64,000 nt of DNA. Source: Octopus vulgaris. Lineage: Eukaryota. The notes below the pieces were generated by a model. The model did no database searches. It was not told where the DNA came from and saw only the letters and a list, made by a program, of their open reading frames with translations. The stretch lies in NCBI GenBank assembly GCA_951406725.2, contig OX597824.1, positions 69,130,001-69,194,000 of the forward strand, written 5' to 3'. The position numbers and the translations under genes were made by a program. Positions 1-13,525 of this stretch are shown one piece after another (position 1 is the first letter of the stretch; every line of letters starts with the position of its first letter).

Positions 1-382
1 ACAGTACAACTGACTTCAGTGAGATTCGACCTCGCAACCCAGTAATTGATAACTTGTAGAACGCAGCTACCATAAAATCGCAAAATCTTTGTATCTCGGC
101 GAGGGAACGCCTTGTAGCAATGCGTCGCATGGTTCAAGTCTAATTATAATGGCGACATTAATGATGTTAACGACGACGCTAATGATTGTGGTGATGATGC
201 TGGTATGGTGGTGATGATGATAATGATGATGCTGATGATGATGATGATGATGGTTATCATGTTGATGGTGTTAACGATAATGTCAAATAACAAAGAAGCA
301 AATCACAAAATGTGTGTATGTATAAGCGTATATACAAATATGATGTGTGTATGAGTGTGTGTATATGTATTTGCGCTTACAT

Positions 383-429
<47 letters not shown>

Positions 430-1181
430 TATACATACACACAACTCTAGATATGTCTACGCATTGATTGTAGATTTCTAGATTTGATAGGATACAAGAG
501 ATTTATTATATACTTAGGGCACAACAAAACATATACTCATTATGTATATATATGTATGTGTGTGTGTGTAATATATGTATATGTATATACATATACAAAC
601 ATATATATATATGTGTGTGTGTCTATGTGGACTCGTGTGTGTGTGAGAGTTTGTGTGCAATCATATATCTATGCACACGCACACAAATATACAATGACAT
701 ACATACATACATACATACATACATACATACATACATACATACATACATACATACATACATACATACACACAAAACTATATATCTTCATACATACACTTGT
801 CCAGGATGCTACGCAGTGGGAATGAACCCGGAACCATGTGGCTGGTAAGCAAGTTACTTACCACACATTAATTTTATTTAGTCTCAAGTCAATATTTGAT
901 TGGAGACGGGTGTATATAATCGATTTATATTGACCTCAAAACACGGCAAATTTATTGAGAATCGAAATTAGAATCAAGTGCTGATATTAGAATGTTATAG
1001 GGGTTAAAATTCGTGACTCTTGGGCACATGGCCACACATTGGTTATTGTTATCGTTTGAGTTACTGTTTTTGAAACTGTTGCTCTTGTTATTATTGTTAA
1101 CATTCTTGATGATGTTGTTATTCTCATTGTTACACTTGTTATTGCTGCTGCTGCTACTGCCACTGCTGCTGCTGCTGCTGC

Positions 1182-1214
<33 letters not shown>

Positions 1215-1915
1215 CGTGCTGACAGAATCGTTAGCGAGTCGGACAAATGAAGAAAGAGAAAATCAGAAAGTAAGAGAGAGAGAGAGCGAGGGAGAAATTG
1301 AGAGATATGTCATTACATGTAATCGATAATAATAGGTGACTGCTGTAGACAGTTTGTGATAACAGTACAACTGACTTCAGTGAGATTCGACCTTGCAACC
1401 CAGTAATTGATAACTTGTAGAAGGCAGCTACCATAAAATCGCAAAATCTTTGTATCTCGGCGAGGGAACGCCTTGTAGCAATGCGTCGCATGGTTCAAGT
1501 CTAATTATAATGGTGACATTAATGATGTTAACGACGACGCTAATGATGGTGGTGATGATGCTGGTATGGTGGTGATGATGATGGTGATGATGATAATGAT
1601 GATGATGTTGATGATGATGATGATGATGATGGTTATCATGTTGATGGTGTTAACGATAATGTCAAATAACAAAGAAGCAAATCACAAAATGTGTGTATGT
1701 ATAAGCGTATATACAAATATGATATGTGTATGAGTGTGTGTATATGTATTTGCGCTTACATACACACACACACACACACACACACATACACACACATGCA
1801 TACATATACATACACACATCTCTAGATATGTCTACGCATTGATTGTAGATTTCTAGATTTGATAGGATACAAGAGATTTATTATATACTTAGGGCACAAC
1901 AAAACATATACGCAT

Positions 1916-1946
<31 letters not shown>

Positions 1947-1947
1947 T

Positions 1948-2005
<58 letters not shown>

Positions 2006-2131
2006 TGTGTGTAGGTCGACTCGTGTGCGTGAGTGTTTGTGTGCAAGCATATATCTATGCACACACACACAAATATACAATGACATACATACATATATAC
2101 ACACATATCTATATATCTTCATACATACACT
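1..2131. repeat. Tandem segmental duplication, period ~1.36 kb (1-796 is a near-identical copy of 1362-2131)
   Basis: ACAGTACAACTGACTTCAGTGAGATTCGACC starts at both 1 and 1362. Unique blocks align with few substitutions up to ATCTTCATACATACAC (ends ~796 and ~2130). The copies differ mainly in microsatellite lengths. Confidence 0.95.
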
Positions 2132-2527
2132 ATGTTTCACACTATATGCTACAGCCATAATTATTTCATTTCCTTCATAACTACTTGAGGTTTTGTGGTT
2201 TCGTTTTTCGGTTTTTGTTTTTCGTTTTCCGTTTTCGTTGTTCGTGTTTGGTTATTGAGTTTGTGAGGTTTTGGACTGTAGTTAAAGATCTTATTATATC
2301 TATCAGAATCCCAATGATTTGTTTTTTCTTTTTTTTATTATTAATTCTCCTTTTGCTGCAATTATTGTAGTTGTAGTTGTTATTGTTGCCGGTTTTATTG
2401 TTATTAGCGTAATATTTTATCATTTTTTGTATTACCATTTATTAGTTTTGAATATTGTCTGCGAATTTATAATAATAATCATATATATATATATATATAT
2501 ATATACATACATACATACATATATACA

Positions 2528-2565
<38 letters not shown>

Positions 2566-2570
2566 CGTTC

Positions 2571-2613
<43 letters not shown>

Positions 2614-2758
2614 ATGCACATATATATTAATGCGTGTGTGAGTGTATATACATATACATATACATATACATATGCATATGCATATACATATACATATACT
2701 TACACATACACACACACAGATAGATAGATAGATAGATAGATAGGTAGATAGATAGATT

Positions 2759-2825
<67 letters not shown>

Positions 2826-3101
2826 GTCGAGGTGTGTAGCTTAATGGTAAGAGTCTTGCTCTCGTGATCGTAAGATTGGAGTATCGCTTACCGCACGGGC
2901 AGAGCGTTGTGTTCATGTGCAGCACTTCACTTCATTTCACGTTATTCTAGACCACCCACTCGGCAAATGTGAGTAATCCTGTGACAGAGGATAGAAAACT
3001 GTTTTATAATATCGTCATATGTAGGTAATCCAATAGCAAAATCATGCGCATAATTGAATTATGATAACTCTTCATATATGTGCACGTACGCAGGAGTGTA
3101 T

Positions 3102-3137
<36 letters not shown>

Positions 3138-3239
3138 TGTGACTATAAATATATAGATATATGTATGTGTGTGTATATATATAGGGGGGGAGTAAGAAGA
3201 AAAAAAGCGAAAATGCACATTGGAAATAAAAAAAATGTG

Positions 3240-3660
3240 AAGGCTTTTTTATGAAAAGTAACGGTAGATATATACAATTAGATGAACTGAAGTAGGAATA
3301 AAAGTAATTAAAGTCATTATTGTGAATTGCTAGGCATACCGGTTTCGTAAATTACTGTTCACTGGCTTTGAATGCTCACCGATAACCGAACGGTGTCGGG
3401 TCTACCTCCTGTCCCTGAGTAAAAAGATTATGTGTAAGGGAGGTAAGTAGTTCTGGATTTGGTGCAATTAGGGTAGATATAATGCTGTAATGTGAATAGT
3501 GTAGGGGATTATGGGGGTTAATGGTATTAATTGAAAGGTTAGTAGCGTTCTGCATTAGCTTATGCATTCGTATTGAGTTGTGAAAGATATCTATTGATAA
3601 AAGTTGCCTCTTTATTCATTCTTTGCTGTATGAGGTGTTCTGTGAACATTGATAGAATTA
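3240..3660 (-). mobile_element. Decayed 3' end of a Penelope-like element
   Basis: Minus strand encodes ...QRMNKEATFINRYLSQLN (resembles the GIY-YIG C-terminal E..FI....P.LN motif). Downstream is a hammerhead-like GAAAC-CG-GUA (3337-3346) with a degenerate core. Confidence 0.45.
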
Positions 3661-3696
3661 GGAGATTAGGAGATTAGGATTATATACATATATGCT

Positions 3697-4884
3697 CAGT
3701 GTGCAGACGGTATTTGAGGACATGCATTTCTAGTCATTATTTTATTTGACTAATTTTTATTGAATTTCTATTTCAGAAAATAACAATGACGGGCGCTATG
3801 CTTACTAATGAAATGAAAAGGCAAGCTGTGGCTTTGAAGGCTAAACATGGTGATTTAGAAATTTCTCGTTTTCTGAAAGTTGCAAGATCTTGTATCTACA
3901 AGATTCGGTGTGAAATAGAGAAAGAAGATAGAATCGTATTACACGTAGCAAAACGTAAAAAAGACATTACAAACTCTCTGATTCTATCAGGACTCTTGAA
4001 TTTATTTACGAAGTTAAGCAAAACATTGAAGACAAACCAGGAAAATCAATGATATCAATTGCAAACAAATATGGTGTCTCAGAAGAAACAATCCGAAATG
4101 TTATGCATGAAGACATCAGAGACATATCTTAAATGATGAGAAGAGGTCAATTCATGTCAGAAAAAACTAAAGAACAAACATAAAAGTCCATCAGAAGATG
4201 GTGTTTTTTTTTTCTCAGATGACAAAAACTTTGACCAGGACCAGAAAACTAACAGAAGAAATTACTAATGGCTATGCATAGACCCTTCTGTGGTTACAAG
4301 TGTAATGCACGCAAAATTCCCTAAATATATCATGGTTTTGGCTGTTGTTAGCAATGAAGAATGTGATGCCTCCTCACTTTTTTCCACAAGGCCTTGGGGT
4401 GAATGTTGCTGCGGATCAACAGTGTATGCAATGAAGACTTTATGTCTTTCAACAAGATTCTGCACCATCACACAAGGCCCAAATGACACAATAATGGATG
4501 GATGACAATTTGCATGATCACATCACCTCCAACATTTGGCCTCCTAATTCTCCATATCTCAGTCTACTGGGCTACTATGTAAGGAGCATTGCTGAAAAAA
4601 ATGTCAAAGAACAACTCCATGGCACCAAAGATTCTTTGAAAGCCGCCATAGTTCGAGTTATGTCCGATATAAACAAGGACCACCTAATCTGAGCTTGTAA
4701 AGGACTTCGACCCCCGAGTCGAGGCAGTCATTGATGCTTGTGGTGGTTTTATTCAATGAAATTATTAAATTGATAATTTAGCTTTATGTTTATGTTGTTT
4801 TTATAAAAATACAGTTTTTTTTCTGTTGTTATATAAACATTTTTTTAAACCATAAATCTGTTCTCAAATACCGTCCGCACTCTG
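3697..4884 (+). mobile_element. Tc1/mariner-superfamily DD37D (maT-type) transposon, pseudogenised
   Basis: TIRs CAGTGTGCAGACGGTATTTGAGGACA (3697) and the reverse complement of 4859-4884, CAGAGTGCGGACGGTATTTGAGAACA. Broken transposase reads FSDDKNFDQDQK...YVFQQDSAPSHKA...WPPNSPYLSLLGYY, with 37 residues between the second D and the (mutated) third catalytic position. Several stops and frameshifts. Confidence 0.9.
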
Positions 4885-5399
4885 GATACACACACGCGCG
4901 CGTATATACATGTCTATCCATATACGTAATGGTCATTTATAAACTGTTCTTCCTTCAATGATTTCAGGATCATGACTTACATTTTCTAAAATGAACATAC
5001 TACTTAATACACACCTCACTCAAACACACACACCACACTCAAATACACACAAACACGCACATAAACATACAGACACTCATGCACATACACACACATACAC
5101 CAGATACACACACTGGCAAAATTGTCAGGAAAGCTATAATTCTTGTATAATATTCCGACTGGATTATCAAAACACCTTGGACATTATTTTGATAATCCAA
5201 ATTCAGAAGAGTGTATTGTAGATTAATGGAATGATATTTGGAATTACGGTAAGTCCGGGAATGTAGTACGAGGTACATGTCTAAAATTCTGTCAGGTGAG
5301 CTTCCTCCTCTCTATTTCTAAAGCGTCTTTGGAATTTTGTCAGTTTTTATTAAGTTCGATATAATATTATTATATATACAAATTCTTATGAGTTGACGC

Positions 5400-5760
5400 T
5401 AACGACATAGAACTGCTTCAAGTAGGTATGGAGTTCTATGAGAAAAATGAGGTCCCCGAAGTAAGATTGCACATCTTGATATTATTCTCAACACTGAGTG
5501 ATCTTAAGCTGCACAGCGTTCGGGCTTTACCGTGATGATGGACTAACTATTTTGCAACTCATAAATATCCAAACATTGGACGCTATTTCGAATGAGTGAG
5601 AGTTGTTTAAAAATTTAAATGAATAAGAATTTAAGCATAGTTAATTTTTTCTCTTTATTTATGAAAGGATCACTACCCTATTTATCGTAAAACTCAACGA
5701 GAATATCCAGTAAATTAAATTTATTTCAAACCATTCCCATTAACTCTAATTTGACGGCAA
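5400..5760 (+). pseudogene. Highly decayed Penelope-like reverse transcriptase fragment
   Basis: GGGCTTTACCGTGATGATGGACTA at ~5522 = GLYRDDGL (RT catalytic motif); later SNH-like remnant at ~5726. Confidence 0.5.
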
Positions 5761-6052
5761 TACATTAAATTGAGATACATTTCATGTAGATCAACGTAGA
5801 TATATATAACTGAAAAATAGTAAATGTTATATTATATGATGTAATCATTCATCTGCATTTAAACTGGTTCTTTCAATGTTGCTTGGATTATCGAGACATT
5901 TTAATTAAGAATTTTCCTTATCTAACGGCTAGAACCCCTGTACATACATGCATGCATACATATATACATACATACAAACATAATACATGCATACAGACAG
6001 ACACAAACACACACACAACCACACACACAAACACATACACATACGCACACAC

Positions 6053-6091
<39 letters not shown>

Positions 6092-6156
6092 GAGGTTAGT
6101 CTAAATGTTACGCACCAAAACACTTGACATTTTATTATACTGCAATATTATTATTA

Positions 6157-6209
<53 letters not shown>

Positions 6210-6282
6210 GTTGTTGTTGTTGTTGTTGTTGTTCTTCTTCTTCTTATTATTATTATTATTATTATTATTGTTATTATTATTT

Positions 6283-6790
6283 GATGAAAGCTCTCAGCCT
6301 ATTTTGCTGGATATCATAGACAGTGTCAGCTGTCCACAGCCAGCAAACTAAGGTGAGACTTGTTTACTGGTCATCCCTCAAGAACCCAGCAAAGAATTCT
6401 TGCAGTTCCAAGCAATGACGATTTTTATAAGTGTTCTATCCTTACATATACTAATCAGCACAATCTTTTGGATTTCTATGAGACATGGTTCTCCTTGGGT
6501 GTTATCTAGATGTTTCTGACATCCCTTTTTGATCATATCTAGGGCAACTACAATAACAGGAGCAATTCTCGTTTTAATACGTCACATCTTGTGCATTTCA
6601 ATTTCCAGATCTTTATATTTACTTAGTTTGCCAAATTGCTTGACAAATATATCTTTATCGGTGGGAACACTTACATCTATTAATCTACAAGTATTCTCTC
6701 CCAGTCTATCTTTAATGACTATGTCTGGTCGATTAGCCTGGATCGTTCTCTTGGAAAATCCCCGAGCATAGTGATATTTTTACCTTCAAC
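6283..6790 (-). mobile_element. Two fused 3' fragments of R4/Dong-clade non-LTR retrotransposons
   Basis: Minus strand: ANRPDIVIKD...CRLIDVSVPTDK...KLSKYKDLEIEM...IQKIVLI (6453-6790, REL endonuclease). Then ...LLGTARILCWVLEG* plus a 3'UTR (6283-6450). Flanked by (TTA)n at 6147-6280 and (CTA)n/(TTA) at 6791-6870. Confidence 0.85.
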
Positions 6791-6792
6791 AT

Positions 6793-6860
<68 letters not shown>

Positions 6861-7100
6861 TTATTATTATCATTATTATTTATTTTGTTCGTCATGTACA
6901 AGATTGAATGTGTTCATCATCATTTTATTTATTTTATTCAACTTTAGAAAAATTGAAGCAAGCCTTTGATAACTCCGTATTTTGTGCGTGACATTTGTCC
7001 CATCTTACGTGTGTGTATATATATATATATATATATTTGGAAGGTATATATCGTCGTGAGGATGTCTGTTATATATGAATATATATATACTATATCTGTA

Positions 7101-7165
<65 letters not shown>

Positions 7166-7475
7166 CACATCGGTTACGACGACAAGTGTCCCAGTTGATC
7201 CGATCAGCGGAACAGCCTGCTCATGAAATACACGTGCAAGTGGCTGGGCACTCTACGGGCACGTGTACCCTTAATGTAGTTCTCAGGGTGATTCAGCATG
7301 GCACAGAATGCGACAAGGCTGGCACATTTGAAACGCTGGTACAACTCAAAGGACTTGAGTAACGAGGTGAATGGACTCGAGTAACGAGGTGTAAAGTCTC
7401 TTTGCTCAAGGACTCGACATGTTGCCGGTTTTCGAGCCCAACAAACTTATGATTGCGAGATGAATAGCTGAGCCA
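7166..7475 (-). mobile_element. tRNA-derived SINE, family B
   Basis: Aligns with 8791-9107 along its whole length. Confidence 0.8.
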
Positions 7476-7574
7476 CAAGCACACACACACGCACAACCAA
7501 ACACACACACAGATATACACACACACATACACACACACAGGCAGACAGACAGACACACACACACAGGCAGACAG

Positions 7575-7602
<28 letters not shown>

Positions 7603-7608
<6 letters not shown>

Positions 7609-7823
7609 ACTTCTTTCAGTCATTTGACTGCGGCCATGCTGGAGCACCACCTTTAGTTAAGCAAATCGACCCCAGGATTTATTCCTTGTAATCATTGTAC
7701 GTATTCTATCGGTCTCGTTTGCTGAACCGCTAAGTTACGGGGACGAAAACACTAGGATCGGCTGTCAAGAGATGTTGGTTGGGAAAAACACAGACACACA
7801 AATAATATATACACACGCATACA

Positions 7824-7859
<36 letters not shown>

Positions 7860-7998
7860 ACGGACTTCTTTCAATTTCCGTCTACCAAATTCACTCACAA
7901 GGCTTTGGTCGGTCCGAGGCTATAGTAGAAGACACTTGCCCAAGGTGCCTCGCAGTGGGACTGAACCCGGAACTACTTACCACACAGCAACTCCTGCG
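7603..7998 (-). mobile_element. tRNA-derived SINE, family A (internal TA/TG microsatellite, GTAAAAGA-type tail)
   Basis: Recurrent family. Other copies or fragments at about 797-868, 9222-9625, 13361-13505, 15897-16165, 18146-18298, 22630-22860, 25225-25645, 25942-26305, 27110-27365, 30630-30770, 45110-45205 and 54130-54440. The head has an A-box-like TGGCTGTGTGG and a B-box-like GGGTTCAGTCC. Confidence 0.9.
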
Positions 7999-8068
7999 TC
8001 TATACATACATATATAAATATATATATAGTCCTGTAACTAACGAATGTATATCTATATCTATGTATGT

Positions 8069-8114
<46 letters not shown>

Positions 8115-8473
8115 GTGCGTATGTTTGTATGTAGTTATGTGTATCTAACTATTCAGCTACCTTTCTGTGTCTCTTTCTCTTTCTTTTCACCCCTCTCTCT
8201 TTCTTTTTCTCTCTCTCTCTCACTTAGTATATATAACTTATTTATATATATATATATATATATATACGGTGATATATATATATATATATATATATATACG
8301 TGATTTATACACGAGGCGGCGCGCAGACTAGTGGTCTATAACAAAGCTGTGGTTCCGGATTGTAGTACCGACTAACGCATTATATCTTTAAGTAGGCACC
8401 CGACCACTTCGCATGAGAATGAGTACCAGGTGTAATGTAGCTCCCCACTTCTCTCTTCCACCCTAGATTTTAG

Positions 8474-8524
<51 letters not shown>

Positions 8525-8790
8525 TTGTAGCTACCCCTCTTTTTCCCGCTCTCTCAGTCTAGTTTTCCCGCTCTCTCAGTCTTTTCTCTGTGTCTCTCAC
8601 TCTAGCTGTAACATCCTGGATATTTTGTTGTTTCGGTATGTCGTGAGACGGAGAGATTAAAGAATGTCTAAGGTTATGCCTGTCTTCGATGACATGAAGA
8701 CCTAAAAAATCTTTTGAAAGCATGGTACTCGTTACTAAGATACAGTCTCTTGAGAATGACCGCGCGAGATTTGATTATATATATATAGTA

Positions 8791-9107
8791 GCACTCCGTC
8801 GGTTACGACGACGAGGGTCCCAGCTGATACGATCAACGGAACAGCTTGCTCGTGAAATTAACGTGCAAGTGGCTGAGCATTCCACAGACACGTGTACCCT
8901 TAACGTAGTTCGCAAGGAGATTCAGCGTGACACAGAATGTGACAAGGCTGGCCCTTTGAAATACAGGTACAACTCATTTTTGCCAGCTGAGTGGACTGGA
9001 GCAACGTGAAATAAAGTGTCTTGCTCAAGGACACAACGCGTCGCCGGGAATCGAACTCACAACCTTACGATCATGAGCCGAATGCCCTAACTACTAAGCC
9101 ACGCGCC
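8791..9107 (-). mobile_element. tRNA-derived SINE, family B, full length, inserted in (TA)n
   Basis: Minus-strand head GGCGCGTGGCTTAGTAGTTAGGG...GAGTTCGATTCCC (A/B boxes), then GTCCTTGAGCAAGACACTTTATTTCACGTTGCTCCAGTCCACTCAGCTGG, reminiscent of conserved SINE central domains. Confidence 0.9.
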
Positions 9108-9108
9108 C

Positions 9109-9151
<43 letters not shown>

Positions 9152-9402
9152 ATACATGTATACATAAACACAAACACTACACACATATTTATATGTATAT
9201 ATCTATGTATAATTATGTTTTGTCTTTTATTTGTTTCAGCCATTAAACTGCGGCCAAGTTGGGACATCGTCTTGAATATTTAACCGAATCAATCGACTCC
9301 AGGACTTCTTTCTTAAGCCTGAAACTTATTCTATCGGTCTCTTTTTGCCGAACCGTACGGAGGCGTAAACACACCAACAAACACAGACACAACGACACGC
9401 AC

Positions 9403-9439
<37 letters not shown>

Positions 9440-9698
9440 CCTACATACATACATACATATATATATATATAGGACGGCCTTCTTTCGGTTTTCCGTCTTC
9501 CAAATCCACTCACAAAGCTTTGGTCGGCCTGAAGCTATAGTAGAAGACATTTGTCCAGGGTGCCATGCAGTGACACTGAACTCGGAACCATGTGGATGGA
9601 AAACATGCTTCTTACCGTGCAGCCTATACATACATACATACATACATACATACATACATACATACATACATACATACATACATACATACATACATACA

Positions 9699-9734
<36 letters not shown>

Positions 9735-10398
9735 TATATACGTGTATGTATGTATGTGTGTGCGTGTGTGAGTGTGTGTGTGTGCTTGTATGTGTATGTA
9801 TTTATTCGTGTGTGTATGTGAGCGTATTTACGTATAATCCTCAATATACAATCAACTATAGTAAGTATAACATGAAATTGAGTATATAATATACTATCAT
9901 ATATCATATATATACATATATATATAAAATAGACGGTAAAACAATTGGAAATATTTCCCAATATAATACGCATGAACACATACAGGCACTCACTCAGACA
10001 CACACACAACACACACATATACACACACACACTCAAAAGTGTATAAGCAATATATATATGTTTATATGCACGAAATCTGTGTATGTATATGCATATATGT
10101 GTGTGTGCTTCTGTGTGTATGTGTGTGTGTGTGTCTAAAATGCATTTGTGTTTGTATGTATGTATGCATGTATGTATGTATATGCACATAGATACGCACG
10201 TTTCTGTGTGGATGTGTGTGTGAGTGTGCGTGTGTGTGTGTGTGTGTGTGTGAAAGTGTGTTTGTGAATGCTTGTATGTAAGTATGTATGTACGTACGTA
10301 TGTATGTATGTATGTGTGTATGTATGTTTGTATGTATGTATGTATGTATGTATGTATGTATGTTTGTATGTATGTATGTATGTTTGTATGTATGTATG

Positions 10399-10430
<32 letters not shown>

Positions 10431-11296
10431 TGTATGTTTGTATGTATGTATGTATGTGTGTATGTATGTATGTATGTATGTATGTATGTATGTATGTATG
10501 TATGTATGTATGTATGTATTATGTATGTATGTATGTATGTATGTACGTAATGAATGCACGTAGTGAGTGATCGAGTGAGTGAGTGAATGAGTAATCGAGT
10601 GAATGAGTGAGTGATTGATTGAATGAGTGAATGAGCGAATGAGCGAGTAGAACACTGAGTGAAAGTGCAATGAGACAGAGCCTGTGTTTTGTTAATCAAG
10701 TTTTACATTATATAGCAGCAGTAGACCTAAGAGTCTGCTGTCACATTGATGGCACATTCCAACAACATGCAACACATGCCGTGTTCTGCTAAACACTGAC
10801 TTACTGCTTTGAACCACAAAACACATATAAAACCGAACAAGGGCGCTCTGACGCTTAATATTTTTTTAATAACATGCAAATATTTATACGCACCTACATA
10901 TTATTTACTACGGACAAACACACAGATACATAAACGCACACACACACATACACATGTACGCACTCACATATACATAAGCGCAATCATAGGTCTTTGTATG
11001 TCTTTTATATTTTACTTGCTGTGGTCACTTGACTCCGGCCATGCTGGGGCACCTCGCTTTCAAGAACTTTTAGTCGAATGACTCGATACCAGTACTTATT
11101 TTTCTTAACGCCTAATACCTATTCTTTCGGGGTTTTTTTTTGCCGAACGGCTAAGTTACACGGACATAAACACACCAGCACTGGTTGTCAAGCGGAGGGA
11201 GGTGGGGGTAAAATACAGATGCAAAGACACACACAAACACACGGTTACCACACACAGACACACGAACACGCACACACAGACTTACAAACACACACA

Positions 11297-11385
<89 letters not shown>

Positions 11386-11646
11386 GGCTTCTTTAAGTTT
11401 CTATCTACCAAATTCACTAACAAGCCATTGCTTTATCCAAGGCTGCAGTAGAAGACATTTGCCCAAGATGAGTGGCTGTGAGGTAAGTAACTTGGTTACG
11501 AACTACATGGTCTGGGTTCAGCCCCACCGCGTGGCACCTTGGTCAAGTGTCTTCTACTTTAGCCTCAGGCCAACCAAAGGCTTGTGAGTGGATTTGGGAG
11601 ACGGAAACTGAAAGAAGCCCGTCGTATATATGTATATATATATATA

Positions 11647-12939
11647 TAATAAAATATTAGGGAATAAATCCAAACTTACAGGGAAAAATCAGATTTAGGA
11701 TTAAATCCAATTTTATAGTATAAATATATTATATTATATTATATTAAATTAGAGATAAAACCACTATTAGGCAAATCAAACAATGAAAAACATAAGCCAA
11801 TACATAAAATTAATTAATTTATATTATTTATTTATATTTAAGATCTTCAAATTGTAAATTTTAATATTGTATAAGTCTTTGGTGTAATAATATTTTCCTT
11901 ATGTAAATATCGTTGTTTATGTAATGATCTAATTATCGTAATTTTCTATATTATTAGATATTAAATTTAAGTTTATTCGTAAGATACTACTTAGCGATAG
12001 ATTTGTTATTTGATAGCAAGTATACGAGGTGTATAAAGATAGGCTTTTGTATATACATGTTTTAATAGTATTAATTGTAGTTTTAAATTTATAATTAAAT
12101 TAGATAAACTTTGATAAACTTAGATATGTTTCGACTAAAGATTGGCCCAGGCCATGTCTAATTTAATAGCATAACTTAGTTATTTTTTAAAATTGATATT
12201 CGCTAGTTATTCCCATTGATAATTATATTCATAGTATTTATAGTATTTATTCGATACTATATTACTACGAATTGATTATTTCTATAAGTATTTTACATAA
12301 GATTTCCGAAAGTTCGTTTAAGATTGTTTATTTGTATTTTGAAATTAGCTATTTCATCTTTAAATATGAAAAATTAATTTATTAGGTTTATATTATATGT
12401 GCATATATATTTATTTATAGAGATTATTTTAGATCTTAATTATAATATTTATATACATTTATATATTTTCATTGATAATTTATATATAATAGTCATTTTT
12501 AAATATTTATGTAATTAGATATAGATTAATACCGACATTAGATTATTGGTGGGTTTCCTACCTTATAAATTAAAATTAATATTTAACATTATAGTCGATT
12601 TTGGTATAATCATAATTGTTAAGTTTTATGTTTCTAGTTTGATAATAGAGTTTATTATAAGTAAAATTATTATATTATTTATATCTTTAAAATATTGTAT
12701 AAATATTTCTGATTATATTTTAGATATTTCAATTAACCTGAAGATTGACTGTAACTATAACTCGAATTATTACGAATTGTACAGCCATGAAACGATCGTA
12801 GTGTTTTACTCTTTATTAAACTTCTGATACTTTTGATATATATATAAATAAATAATATAAATTAATTAATTTTATGTATTGGCTTATGTTTTTCATTGTT
12901 TGATTTGCCTAATAGTGGTTTTATCTCTAATTTAATATA

Positions 12940-12945
<6 letters not shown>
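11647..12945 (+). mobile_element. AT-rich non-autonomous Penelope-like element with ~105-bp inverted repeat and hammerhead ribozyme
   Basis: ~11729-11836 is the reverse complement of ~12843-12950 with no mismatch seen by eye. Hammerhead at 12735-12803. Inserted in (TA)n. Confidence 0.7.
12735..12803 (+). ncRNA. Type-I minimal hammerhead ribozyme (slightly degenerate)
   Basis: CUGAAGA (12738-12744), stem II UGACUGUA/UACAGCCA, GAAAC (12789-12793), palindromic loop GAUC, GUA cleavage triplet, short stem I AC/GU. Confidence 0.7.
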
Positions 12946-13004
<59 letters not shown>

Positions 13005-13525
13005 ATGTATGTACGTACGTATGTATGTATGTATGTATGTATGTATGTATGTATGTATGTATGTATGTATGTATGTATGTGTGTGTGTGTGTGTGTTTGT
13101 GTGTCTGTGTTTGTCCCCTCAACATCGCTTGACAACCGATGCTGGTGTGTTTACGTCTCCGTAACTTAGCGGTTCGGCAAAAGCAACCGATAGAATAAGT
13201 ACCAGGCTTACTAAGAATAAGTCCTGGGGTCGATTTGCTCGACTAAAGGCAGTGTTCCAGTATGGCCACAGTCAAATGACTGAAACAAGTAAAAGAGTAA
13301 AAGAGTAAAACTGAAACTCTGGAACCATGTTGCTGGAATGCAAGCTTCTTCTCATCAAGCCTGTGTGGTCAAGGAGCTCACATTGCAAGTACATCATTCC
13401 ATGTCCAGTCCCACTTCGCGTTATTTGGGTTGGTTGGACAAGATCCTTCCTCTATAGCTCCAAGCCGATCAATAGCTTGTGCACAAAATTGGTTGAAGGA
13501 CATTGTGTGTAAGCCCGACATATAT

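Larger units (their letters stand above)
11005..13360. mobile_element. Nested elements: SINE A (-) split by SINE A (+), itself split by an AT-rich element
   Basis: SINE(-) 11005-11468 resumes at 13311 (CTGAAACTCTGGAACCATG). SINE(+) head 11470-11645 resumes after ~12945 with its microsatellite and tail, to 13310. Confidence 0.85.

Noticed and set aside
9030-9107. tRNA-like sequences (also ~17800-17870 and 29530-29603)
   Set aside because: They are SINE heads continuing into SINE bodies; no convincing acceptor stem or terminator.
11840-12730. Faint RT-like words (FKIDIR*LFP) inside the AT-rich element
   Set aside because: Too degenerate to separate from chance in very AT-rich sequence; needs an HMM search.
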